Shown here: positions 17,715 through 25,700 of the stretch, piece by piece
How positions within the stretch are numbered: position 1 is the stretch's first letter
Layout of the letters: each line of letters begins with the position of its first letter
Origin: a virus
Taxonomy: Duplodnaviria > Caudoviricetes
Length of the DNA: 25,700 nucleotides
Virus record (IMG/VR): IMGVR_UViG_3300037424_000414
Coordinates: 1 to 25,700 of that record
Strand: one strand, 5' to 3'
Program-made: the position numbers and the translations under genes
Notes under the pieces: generated by a model
Databases searched by the model: none
The model's input: the letters and a program-made list of their open reading frames with translations, nothing else
Told to the model about the DNA's origin: nothing

Positions 17715-19016
17715 TTACGGAGCCAGATTGTTATCCAGGCCTACGCTATTAAGCAGACCACATTTCTGAGCGAGACCGAATTCAAGACCACACTCAGTCA
17801 AGAACTCCTCATTAGTACCGTCAATCCTACGACCACCATGACCTTCGGGAGAAGTTTTCTGAGAACCTTCACCATAGAATGAAGTATCATCTATGTATTT
17901 GTAGGTGAGTTCTTTCGGCTCGATAAGAATCCCCATGTTCCTGGTAGTTGCATCAAAGGAGAACAACGGGTGAGTTTTTATCTTGATGGTGCCGAAAGGA
18001 GTACGCCATTCCAGGATTTCCATCCCATAGAATTTCTGTCCAGGGACTACAGTGATAGTAGCTCCGGCGGTGACGAGTTTGTCCAGACCGAGAAGGAATC
18101 CAGAGCCACAGAAGCAAAGTTTCTCACTTGCGCCGAAACGGAAGATTTGTTCCAGTTTGTTTTTCAGCCAGTCTTCGCCAGAGGTGACCCAGGTATCGCC
18201 AGCATAGTCTGTGTCAAGAGAATAATCAACACAGTTGGCCGCCGCATACTGACGGATGAAGTTGATGATCCCCATAGTGGTACGCTCAGGCTTGCCGTTG
18301 TCACCTACGTTCTCAGTCCTGATGCCCCAGAGGAAAGCAAGTTCCATTTCCCAGGAATGCATCTCGAGACATTCACTCTTGGCTTTCTGGTATTGGTCCC
18401 CAGTGCGAAGCCGAGTCTTTCGGGCTGTACGAGTGAGAGAAAGAGCTGAACGGAAGATCTGGGTATAGTTGTAAACCTTCGTCGGGTTAAGAGCAATGGC
18501 GTCAGGCATCTCGCCACCCTCAGGGTTGATGTTACCGATGATCTTGAATGTGTCGCAGTCGCTCAGGTCATGGGAAGCGGAGTTGTCATCATCTTCCAGC
18601 AACTTAACTGCAAGCACAGAGTTTACATTACCTCTGGTCACTCCAGTTACTTTCCCAACTACGTCGACCGCGTAGTCGGATGCATCACGGAGAAGGATTT
18701 GATGACCTTCACGGATACGCATGGCAAGGGCAGTAGTTACCTGAACATACAGAACATCCCCTGCTACTCCATTTGCCGCGTATGCTACGGAAAGATCAGG
18801 AAGTGTGTACACACCTGCAACCGCACCACCTACACTTCCCTGCTCCTGAGTCCACCAGTTGAATTGCGGATCATCTACCGACTCCGACTGCATCATTGAA
18901 AGCATAGCAGTCAGCGGAGCCATTCCATTGGGATACAGATAAAGAATCTGCTCCCTCCAATTTAAAGGTCTCTGGTCAGTTACCCAGTCGCCTGTACCCC
19001 TCATGCCAAGAAACAT
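17715..19016 (-). CDS. Major capsid protein (HK97 fold, SU10/DUF5309-like)
   Basis: 433 aa after the scaffold and followed by a strong terminator. APLTAMLS...FNWW, YNYTQIFR and EMELAFLWG...RTTMGI match this capsid family. GGAGG RBS. Confidence 0.88.
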   Translation of the reverse strand: MFLGMRGTGDWVTDQRPLNWREQILYLYPNGMAPLTAMLSMMQSESVDDPQFNWWTQEQGSVGGAVAGVYTLPDLSVAYAANGVAGDVLYVQVTTALAMRIREGHQILLRDASDYAVDVVGKVTGVTRGNVNSVLAVKLLEDDDNSASHDLSDCDTFKIIGNINPEGGEMPDAIALNPTKVYNYTQIFRSALSLTRTARKTRLRTGDQYQKAKSECLEMHSWEMELAFLWGIRTENVGDNGKPERTTMGIINFIRQYAAANCVDYSLDTDYAGDTWVTSGEDWLKNKLEQIFRFGASEKLCFCGSGFLLGLDKLVTAGATITVVPGQKFYGMEILEWRTPFGTIKIKTHPLFSFDATTRNMGILIEPKELTYKYIDDTSFYGEGSQKTSPEGHGGRRIDGTNEEFLTECGLEFGLAQKCGLLNSVGLDNNLAP

Positions 19017-19045
19017 AACTATTTACCTCCTGTTTAAATGGGTTC

Positions 19046-19060
19046 GTTTAATAATTAAAC
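19046..19060. repeat. Dispersed palindrome, copy 6 (T/A variant)
   Basis: GGTTC-GTTTAATAATTAAAC-GATCT between the 118-aa gene stop and the capsid RBS, 29 nt before ATG 19016. Confidence 0.9.
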
Positions 19061-19066
19061 GATCTG

Positions 19067-19423
19067 TTAATACGGATGGATGCCAGCGACAACCGAAGTC
19101 GGATGCCACACAAGACCGTCACTGTAAAGAAGAGCACGGTCGCCAGGGATTGTGAGCACTATGTCACTGATCCAGTACTCAGAATCATCCCTATGGGTAA
19201 TGGTTACGGAGTTTGCTACATCTGCATCTCTGGCAAGGATGGAATAGAACCTACCCTTTGCCTCAGCGACAGGTGGGAGGACTATGATAATCGCACCACT
19301 GACTGCATCTGCACTCGGACGCATGACATAGTCCCTTGTCGACATGGAGTAGTTCGCAGCCGGATCATGGTACTTATCCGGTACCTCCCTATAATGCTGC
19401 TCGTTGTTTTGTTCAAGTCCCAT
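19067..19423 (-). CDS. Putative capsid decoration/cement protein
   Basis: Between scaffold and capsid; AIIIVLP...GRFYSI...NSVTI...LLYSDGLVW beta-sandwich pattern seen in fibre/decoration domains. Confidence 0.55.
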   Translation of the reverse strand: MGLEQNNEQHYREVPDKYHDPAANYSMSTRDYVMRPSADAVSGAIIIVLPPVAEAKGRFYSILARDADVANSVTITHRDDSEYWISDIVLTIPGDRALLYSDGLVWHPTSVVAGIHPY

Positions 19424-19427
19424 TGTA

Positions 19428-20228
19428 TTACCTCCCTATGACTTTGTTCATAGCTTCCAGTTCATTGACTATTCCGGAAGTGTCTGGTTTGACAGCGCCT
19501 CGATCAGAGCCTCCAGATTTACCTTTTGAAGGTAGGCGTGGAGGAGTTTCTTTGTCCTTTTTTACTGCCTGGGATTGAAGCCCCAGTCGTTTACGAGATT
19601 CAGGTGCTACGAGTTCCATTAGTTGTTCAGTAGTTTTGTCAGGATTCTGTGATGCCATTTCTTCGAACACTGCCGCTACGACACGTTTAAAAGGGGCGAG
19701 GTCCTTGTGAGTGTCATAGAAACTATCACTAGCTTTTTTCAATGTAGTGTAAAGATCTATGTTGTTTTTTACTATGTCGGGTATAGCCCGAAGTGTCCCC
19801 TCACCAATGATGTTCTTTGCATCTGTTACGGCTTTTTGATAGATGGAGTTGAGAACGAGGTTGAGAGTCTTCTTATCACGAATAATATCTTCCGGGTCAA
19901 GATCACCGATGAAGTCCTGTTCCTGAAATTGGAGAGGTTCAGGTTTCTTCTCCTCCTCTTTCTTAACAGGTTCTTCTTCCTTCTTGACAGATTCCTCAGG
20001 TTTCTTTCCTACTGATTCCTCAAGACGCTGACGAAGTTCGGCGATGGTCTTATCTTTATCATCTTCGACAACTTCTTCCTTTACTTCTTCTTTCTCTTCA
20101 ACAACTTCCTCTTCCTTTACCTCTTCCTCTTTAATCTCTTCCTTTACATCCTCCTTTTCTTCAACTGGAAGTCCAGCCATTGTCCCTAACATCTCATCAA
20201 GTTCATTTCTTACATTGTCTTCATCCAT
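19428..20228 (-). CDS. Capsid scaffolding protein
   Basis: Very acidic E/K-rich N-terminus, coiled coil and basic Pro/Gly C-terminal tail, between portal and capsid. AAGGAG RBS. Confidence 0.78.
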   Translation of the reverse strand: MDEDNVRNELDEMLGTMAGLPVEEKEDVKEEIKEEEVKEEEVVEEKEEVKEEVVEDDKDKTIAELRQRLEESVGKKPEESVKKEEEPVKKEEEKKPEPLQFQEQDFIGDLDPEDIIRDKKTLNLVLNSIYQKAVTDAKNIIGEGTLRAIPDIVKNNIDLYTTLKKASDSFYDTHKDLAPFKRVVAAVFEEMASQNPDKTTEQLMELVAPESRKRLGLQSQAVKKDKETPPRLPSKGKSGGSDRGAVKPDTSGIVNELEAMNKVIGR

Positions 20229-20247
20229 AGTCTTTCTCCTTTAGTTT

Positions 20248-20262
20248 GTTCAAATTTTGAAC
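20248..20262. repeat. Dispersed palindrome, copy 7
   Basis: AGTTT-GTTCAAATTTTGAAC-CATTT, right after the stop at 20266-20268 and 19 nt before ATG 20228. Confidence 0.9.
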
Positions 20263-20265
20263 CAT

Positions 20266-20727
20266 TTATTTCAATGCTACCTGCCTACTAATTTCCTTCC
20301 AGTAACCGTGAGAAGTAGCCCCACCATCTCCACCGATGTTCATTACTACAAGTACATCACCTGCTTGGGCAGCAAAGGTGGAGAGTGCAGGGAGCTGGTT
20401 GAGGTAGAAGTTCCCACCTGAGGCTGCTCCATCTTCGATTGTGATAAGATTATCATCAAATACGAAGACCTTTACTTGTCCCTGAGAACCACCAAGAATC
20501 TTTGCCAATGAGATAGCAGCCGCACCTGTTATGAGAATAGTCTCGTATCCATAAGAACCTATCTCACTACCTACTGTTAATGAAGTAGAGCCGGCAACTA
20601 CTTCAAGTTCAGTAGTTCCTATACTATTAACGTCAGCTACCGCATTAACAGCTGCTCTAGTCTCCCTGATCCAAGTCGGAATCTGAGCCAACATCTCCTG
20701 ATCTGTCGGTTGAGTCGCGTCTAACAT
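20266..20727 (-). CDS. Hypothetical virion protein (153 aa, beta-rich)
   Basis: GGAGG at 20734-20738; the N-terminus DATQPTD...WIRETRAAV resembles fibre attachment segments. Confidence 0.65.
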   Translation of the reverse strand: MLDATQPTDQEMLAQIPTWIRETRAAVNAVADVNSIGTTELEVVAGSTSLTVGSEIGSYGYETILITGAAAISLAKILGGSQGQVKVFVFDDNLITIEDGAASGGNFYLNQLPALSTFAAQAGDVLVVMNIGGDGGATSHGYWKEISRQVALK

Positions 20728-20992
20728 TGTCTGCCTCCAGTATGTTTATAAACATGTCTATGATCCCAGTCATATATGCGACTGCTTTTTTCCTTCCGTT
20801 AATATCTCCTAGGTGAAGAAGTACTGATGCAGTGGAAGGATTATTAGCCGCAGCATCATCAACTATGGAGTCCTGCTCCATGGAGAATCCTTCGTTCCAG
20901 TTTTCAAGTTCACTACATATATCTTTCCATATGAGGGATTCTTTAAACTCTTCAAGTTGATTCTTTGTAGATAGAACTTTAACCTCTTTCAT
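20657..20992 (-). CDS. Small helical protein after the portal
   Basis: ATGA-coupled to the portal stop; FKESLIWKDI...DINGRKKAV resembles small post-portal proteins of podoviruses. Confidence 0.6.
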   Translation of the reverse strand: MKEVKVLSTKNQLEEFKESLIWKDICSELENWNEGFSMEQDSIVDDAAANNPSTASVLLHLGDINGRKKAVAYMTGIIDMFINILEADNVRRDSTDRSGDVGSDSDLDQGD

Positions 20993-22938
20993 TGAGGAAC
21001 TCCTGTCGGAACAAGATTGCCAGCCTGGACTTGATCCATTACCTGTTGATCAGGCATCTGTTGGGACTGAATCTGATTAACATTCCGTCTAAAGTCCTCA
21101 ACATTCTTGGCACCGAGTTGTTGAGCTATGTAGGTAAATATCCTAGTCACATCAAACTGTTGCATGAGTTCAGGAGTGGTTCCGATAGTCTTGAATAAAT
21201 CTAACCACGCAGTAGAGAAATTCCCTCCAGGTATTGATCCATCACCTACGACCAGATCATAGTTAATTAACAAGTCATCTGGATTAACTCTCTTCTTATT
21301 ACTCCCAAAATTCTTAACCATCTGCTCAGCATAACGTCCAGTGATCTGAACATAAGCTGCCTGTTCCATATACTGTTGACTATGGACGGCAAACATAGTT
21401 CCAACATCCTGCATGAATTGAGTACTTATGATCATTGCAAGGCGTTGAAGACGGGACATGGCTGAGGATCGAGTACCTTGGAATTCACCTGAAGTTAATC
21501 GCTCAGGCCCACCTTGCCTCAGTGCGCCCTGCATAGATTGATCAGCACCACTTATGCGATCCATCCACTGGGTAATGTACGCACTATCACTTATATTCAT
21601 CCGAGTAATGTCAGTAACTTGGAGTTGCTGAACTACTTTATCCACTCCACGTCCCCATGCAGGACGACGAAGTCGAATGAGTTTCCCAGGTTGAGGGTCT
21701 TCAAGGTCCTTAATGTTGACGAGGTAAGGGTCAACTATTAACATATCGTTGATAGCTTTCTTCACATTCTCAATGTGAGAGTTGAAGAGGAAGTCAAGAG
21801 TATGTTGGAGACCGTAGATGATTTCCATTCTACCTATTGGAGTAGGTGAATATCCATCGAATTCAGGTGATGCTACAGCAACTGGATACATCCCATGATT
21901 GTGGTTAGCAGGTTCACATGCAATCACTATATCATCTGATGCGAGTTCAAAGTACCATTTTTCAGGAGTTTCTGAATTGCCGAGTTTCCAGTCTTTTGGG
22001 ATGATAGTTATGTACATTCTTATCCGATCAACTGGTGACAATGTACCTGATGATATAGTTCTATTATCGGTCTTTCCAAACTTCATCTGTCGATCACTTT
22101 GATCAAGTGAAAGGGTTGACCTCTTATCTTTCTTATCCTTGAGATACTTTACATTAAACAAACTTGAATCAGGTTCATTTTCTTCACTCAACAAGTTCAT
22201 GTAATTAGTTCGATCTACCCATCCTACAAATTCTCCATCTTGCGTATTAACACTAGAGACAGTAGGATCAGGGAGGTACATGTAAGGATCAATATTGCTA
22301 AGTGAATTACCTTCAAACAGTAGGCTCTCAACTGTGTCCTTAAATGTCTGCGTATCTGATCCCATTCCAGATTCAGTAATTACAGATGATTTAATTACTT
22401 TCTTTCCATACTTTCTTTTCCATTCAGGGATTGCAATACCTACTCCATACGCCAGGGAATCACGAAGTGCTGTATGGACAGGAAGGATTACTTTATTCTT
22501 TACACAATGAAGATTAATTACCATCTCCATTAACATTGCACCTACTACATCATCATCTTCTACCCCCTCATATTTGAACATAGGGGATTGAAAGAAAGCC
22601 ATTGATAAGTAAGTTAACAATGCCTCGAGCATGGAATAGCTATAAGGAAACACTATCTTAACAGGCTTATTTTTATCCTTGGCCTCACTCTTCTTATCCT
22701 TATCATCAGGACAGATGTAAGTAGTTAATATCTTATCAGTTTCACGCCAGGATGGAAACCTCTTACACATCTCATTTCTGGATAACCTAGAATATTCCCA
22801 GATCTTGTTACGAAGCTTATCATGAAGTTCACTACCTGGACTTAGGTTTAGTCCATTAGGATAATTATAGTCATATTTATCCTTTTGAAAGTAGTTTTCT
22901 TTCCAAGATGAGGGTTCTCCAGTTACGATGTAAGGCAT
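20989..22938 (-). CDS. Portal protein
   Basis: 649 aa; RDSLAYGVGI, IDPYMYLPDP, YGLQHTLDFLFNSHIENV, RISGADQSMQG and a Gln-rich tail fit podoviral portals. Position downstream of the terminase. Confidence 0.88.
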   Translation of the reverse strand: MPYIVTGEPSSWKENYFQKDKYDYNYPNGLNLSPGSELHDKLRNKIWEYSRLSRNEMCKRFPSWRETDKILTTYICPDDKDKKSEAKDKNKPVKIVFPYSYSMLEALLTYLSMAFFQSPMFKYEGVEDDDVVGAMLMEMVINLHCVKNKVILPVHTALRDSLAYGVGIAIPEWKRKYGKKVIKSSVITESGMGSDTQTFKDTVESLLFEGNSLSNIDPYMYLPDPTVSSVNTQDGEFVGWVDRTNYMNLLSEENEPDSSLFNVKYLKDKKDKRSTLSLDQSDRQMKFGKTDNRTISSGTLSPVDRIRMYITIIPKDWKLGNSETPEKWYFELASDDIVIACEPANHNHGMYPVAVASPEFDGYSPTPIGRMEIIYGLQHTLDFLFNSHIENVKKAINDMLIVDPYLVNIKDLEDPQPGKLIRLRRPAWGRGVDKVVQQLQVTDITRMNISDSAYITQWMDRISGADQSMQGALRQGGPERLTSGEFQGTRSSAMSRLQRLAMIISTQFMQDVGTMFAVHSQQYMEQAAYVQITGRYAEQMVKNFGSNKKRVNPDDLLINYDLVVGDGSIPGGNFSTAWLDLFKTIGTTPELMQQFDVTRIFTYIAQQLGAKNVEDFRRNVNQIQSQQMPDQQVMDQVQAGNLVPTGVPQ

Positions 22939-22946
22939 GGTAACTC

Positions 22947-23900
22947 CTAGGTGTAAAAATCTGGTGCTTTTTGTTTAGTGGCTAATCCAGTAGACTGATA
23001 ATGTATATCTACAAAGTGTAAAAAAGGTACTTGGTTTAAAGTATCTGCACCATCTGCTGGATTGCGAAATCCCCTTACAATGATAAGTCCATCAGGTTCG
23101 AGAATATCTGAATCAATCTGAGTAGCCGAAGGTGAAGCGGCTGAAAGTTGAACCTCTGCCAGCATATGCCGATATTGCGTTCCGCTTGCAGTTTGAACTA
23201 CTGATGTCGTAAATGATGCTGGAAATGCTGCTTGATTATGCCCCTTTGCATAAGTTACTTCTGCCTGCCATTTAACATCTCCTGGAACTCCAGCAGGTCC
23301 ACCTGTATCTACAACATTCTGGCTCCAGTGAAAGTGGATAAATATATCACTACCAGGTAAGTAATCATGAGGAATATGGTAGTGTAAATGCACTTCATTA
23401 ACAACTGCATTACTAAATGAGAATGCTCTTACACTATCCCTAAACACAGCCAAAGTCGGATCATTAGCACCTGGAGATAATATCTTAATTTCACCGAGTA
23501 GGTCTTTCCACCCAAATGTAGGAGTAGCTAAATCTACCTTTATTCCGATGCCAGAAGTTTTAGGTAATAACAAGTTACCATTTACATCTATTGCTGCATA
23601 CAGATCATTAAAGTAAGTTTCAAGTAATGTCTTAACCTCTCCAACTGTTATCTTCATTAAATCATGAAGGACAACATCTACTATTGGAAATACATCATTA
23701 TCAGTTGGAGTAGGTAAAGCATCTGCAGCTTCAACTGCCTGGGCTATTAAAGATACTGTATCACCTAACCGAACAACATGGTCGTTAGATACTGGAGCCC
23801 CAGCAGCTATTGGTTGAGTAGTCTCGATAGCTGTATCGAAGTCAGAATCGTTATACTGAATCCCAGCATAAGGACCTATTCTAAAAGATTGAAGTGCCAT
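22947..23900 (-). CDS. Putative tail fibre/spike-like structural protein
   Basis: Modular 317 aa: APVSNDHVVRL and TPTDNDVFPIVD fibre-type segments, then a beta-rich C-terminal domain (HIPHDYLPGSDIFIHFHWS). Confidence 0.5.
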   Translation of the reverse strand: MALQSFRIGPYAGIQYNDSDFDTAIETTQPIAAGAPVSNDHVVRLGDTVSLIAQAVEAADALPTPTDNDVFPIVDVVLHDLMKITVGEVKTLLETYFNDLYAAIDVNGNLLLPKTSGIGIKVDLATPTFGWKDLLGEIKILSPGANDPTLAVFRDSVRAFSFSNAVVNEVHLHYHIPHDYLPGSDIFIHFHWSQNVVDTGGPAGVPGDVKWQAEVTYAKGHNQAAFPASFTTSVVQTASGTQYRHMLAEVQLSAASPSATQIDSDILEPDGLIIVRGFRNPADGADTLNQVPFLHFVDIHYQSTGLATKQKAPDFYT

Positions 23901-23917
23901 AGGTATTTAACCAATTA

Positions 23918-23932
23918 ATTCAAAATTTGAAC
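23918..23932. repeat. Dispersed palindrome, copy 8 (one mismatch)
   Basis: AATTA-ATTCAAAATTTGAAC-AAACT; the flank overlaps the TAG at 23936-23938 and the core is 17 nt before ATG 23900. Confidence 0.8.
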
Positions 23933-23935
23933 AAA

Positions 23936-24151
23936 CTACAACCCAAGTAATTTTTCATGCACTAGTTTGACTAATGCATCAAGTTTATGTTCAATACTAC
24001 TTATCTTTTCTGCTATAAAACATCTACATGCTTCTCTTCTTTCATCACAAGTATTTGATGATACTTTGTTATGTTTTCCTACAAACACTCCAATTAGCGC
24101 TGACACACCAGCAACTACTAAACTCCCAAGAATGGTTTCTGCAATGGTCAT
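23936..24151 (-). CDS. Small membrane protein (one TM helix plus coiled coil), possibly holin-like
   Basis: ILGSLVVAGVSALIGVFVG hydrophobic helix, then CDERREAC and a heptad pattern. ATGA-coupled to the terminase stop. Confidence 0.6.
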   Translation of the reverse strand: MTIAETILGSLVVAGVSALIGVFVGKHNKVSSNTCDERREACRCFIAEKISSIEHKLDALVKLVHEKLLGL

Positions 24152-25698
24152 AATAGTCTCCAGTCATCTATTGGATTGTCATAGTCGAGTTCTTTATATT
24201 CATCTTCTGCATCTACTACATCCGGAGGGCTAAAATACCTCTCACCAAGTTCAAGCATTTCAACTATGTATGCCTCAGCATCCATCATATCCCAGAGGGC
24301 TGACCTAGGAAACATCATTAGTTGTTGTTCAAGTACTTTAATATTCGCACAAGAGGCATTATGGTAGATGTAACCCCCTCTATAATATGGAACTAGCTCA
24401 CGTATACGAAGTGTTTTACCTTTATCATTCCCACTTCCACCACGTGCTTTAAGCCATATGAGTTCGAAGAATTTTCCTCGTCTAAACATTTCATTTTTTA
24501 TAGGTTGTTTAATAAACTCAGCTAATCCAGTTTCTTCAATCCCTATTACTTTTGCGTCTAATCGTATAGCCATTCCGAAGAGTTCGTCGTAGATTTCATT
24601 AGGATACATTTTCTTATGGACTATATCTCGGATGAATAACCGAGCTGTAACAAGGTCTATTCCAATTCCTACAATTGCACTCTCGGCAGAATGTATCTTT
24701 ACGGTCTTAGCAGGGTCGAGAATAACTACTGTTTCAATGTTCTTGTTTGCTTGGACTTCTATGTCGAGTAAGTTAAGGTCCGTATCTTGTTTTGCCCTGT
24801 CAAGGGGTATGTTATAGTATTTAAAATATTCAGCTCTGAATGAAGCGTCTTTAGTTGATATAGGAAGGTTTCTCATCTCCCTAAAGAAAACATCTGTCTG
24901 ACCTGCACTCACATGATGATCCCACTCCTTCTGTATAGTCTCATCTGATATGAATTGAGGAGCAGTGGATTTAAAGTTATCATCACAAGCTTCGAGTCTC
25001 ACAGATTCCCACTCATCTGAGTCGAGTAGTTTTTGTAATACCGAGTCTTCGTGTTTTAAGGTATCTATGTACACGATCTTCCAATTATTAGCATTAGGGC
25101 CTATCTGTGGAACACTCTTCATAACATCCGCATATAGCCACTGATACCAACCTTTCCTAATCTCATCATTATTTATCTTCTCCGCATCCTCCAAGTCATC
25201 AATAACAATAAGACCAGGACGATCATTCTTAAATAACACACCACGAACTTGCTGGCCAGCACCACGAGGCCATACCAAAGTATCATAAGCAACCCAGGCT
25301 TTTTTGCTGAATACTTCATCAAACTCACTATTGTTCACATCTCGATGTTTGAAGTCTCCGAAGGTACCCCTTATCATTTTATTTGAAACTAACTCACGAC
25401 GAAGGTTTTCTGTTTGGAGTGCCGCGGCATCATGAGATTTGTTGATGTAGACTACGAACCCAGTATATCTGAACATTATCCATCTAGCAATCAATGCCAG
25501 TGCGACTATACTTGTCTTCCCCCATCCACGAGGTGCAGCAATGGCTACCTTCTTCGCCGGACCATCTATTAGTTCAAATATCTTTCCATGTATATTAGGA
25601 GCAAACTCCTCACTAAAACGGTCTGGAAAGAATACCTTGGCTGTAGCCTCAGTGCTCACTGAGCACTTTTCAAGAATTTTACTTAACTCATTATCTAT
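24148..25698 (-). CDS. terL: Terminase large subunit; start probably just beyond the window edge
   Basis: Walker A AAPRGWGKTS, Walker B LIVIDDLE, nuclease VILDPA and WDMMDAEAY. The frame stays open to the window end (IDNELSKILEKCSVSTE), with a truncated xTG codon at 25699-25700. Confidence 0.92.
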   Translation of the reverse strand: MDNELSKILEKCSVSTEATAKVFFPDRFSEEFAPNIHGKIFELIDGPAKKVAIAAPRGWGKTSIVALALIARWIMFRYTGFVVYINKSHDAAALQTENLRRELVSNKMIRGTFGDFKHRDVNNSEFDEVFSKKAWVAYDTLVWPRGAGQQVRGVLFKNDRPGLIVIDDLEDAEKINNDEIRKGWYQWLYADVMKSVPQIGPNANNWKIVYIDTLKHEDSVLQKLLDSDEWESVRLEACDDNFKSTAPQFISDETIQKEWDHHVSAGQTDVFFREMRNLPISTKDASFRAEYFKYYNIPLDRAKQDTDLNLLDIEVQANKNIETVVILDPAKTVKIHSAESAIVGIGIDLVTARLFIRDIVHKKMYPNEIYDELFGMAIRLDAKVIGIEETGLAEFIKQPIKNEMFRRGKFFELIWLKARGGSGNDKGKTLRIRELVPYYRGGYIYHNASCANIKVLEQQLMMFPRSALWDMMDAEAYIVEMLELGERYFSPPDVVDAEDEYKELDYDNPIDDWRLL

Positions 25699-25700
25699 CA

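Noticed and set aside
17970-18899. Antisense ORFs (159, 70 and 109 aa) over the major capsid gene
   Set aside because: Shadows of a strongly biased coding strand; no convincing RBS or recognisable motifs.
19940-20165. Short CTTC/TCTT-rich repeats
   Set aside because: Explained by the low-complexity EEVKEE region of the scaffolding protein.
1461-23932. Palindromes as a CRISPR array or intrinsic terminators
   Set aside because: Copies are kilobases apart with no spacer periodicity and no cas genes; stems are AT-rich with a 1-nt centre and no consistent U-tract.
24485-24500. GTTTAATAAAC inside terL, and other half-sites such as 25571
   Set aside because: Wrong spacing or half-sites only; expected by chance in AT-rich DNA.
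1-25700. tRNA, integrase, endolysin, RNA polymerase or reverse transcriptase genes
   Set aside because: No supporting motifs seen in this window, so lifestyle and host cannot be assigned.

Overview
The window is part of a tailed dsDNA phage genome with a podovirus-like layout of two convergent arms. The + arm (1-6565) covers replication and DNA metabolism: a 5'-truncated DNA methyltransferase with a ParB/HTH-like N-terminal part, a HAD phosphatase, a family A DNA polymerase fused to an N-terminal family-4-like uracil-DNA glycosylase domain, a DUF3987-like P-loop NTPase, a NADAR-like protein and small ORFs. The - arm (6546-25700) is the virion module: large terminase, small membrane protein, fibre-like protein, portal, scaffold, decoration-like protein, major capsid followed by an intrinsic terminator, adaptor and nozzle-like proteins, and three internal/ejection proteins ending in a 1967-aa polyvalent protein. 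The main signal the genes do not explain is a family of eight dispersed palindromes (core GTTYAAWWWTTRAAC, extending to about 25 bp) on both arms. Most lie 17-29 nt upstream of a start codon, and three lie inside coding sequence. All product calls come from motif recognition and gene order by eye; no database search was run.
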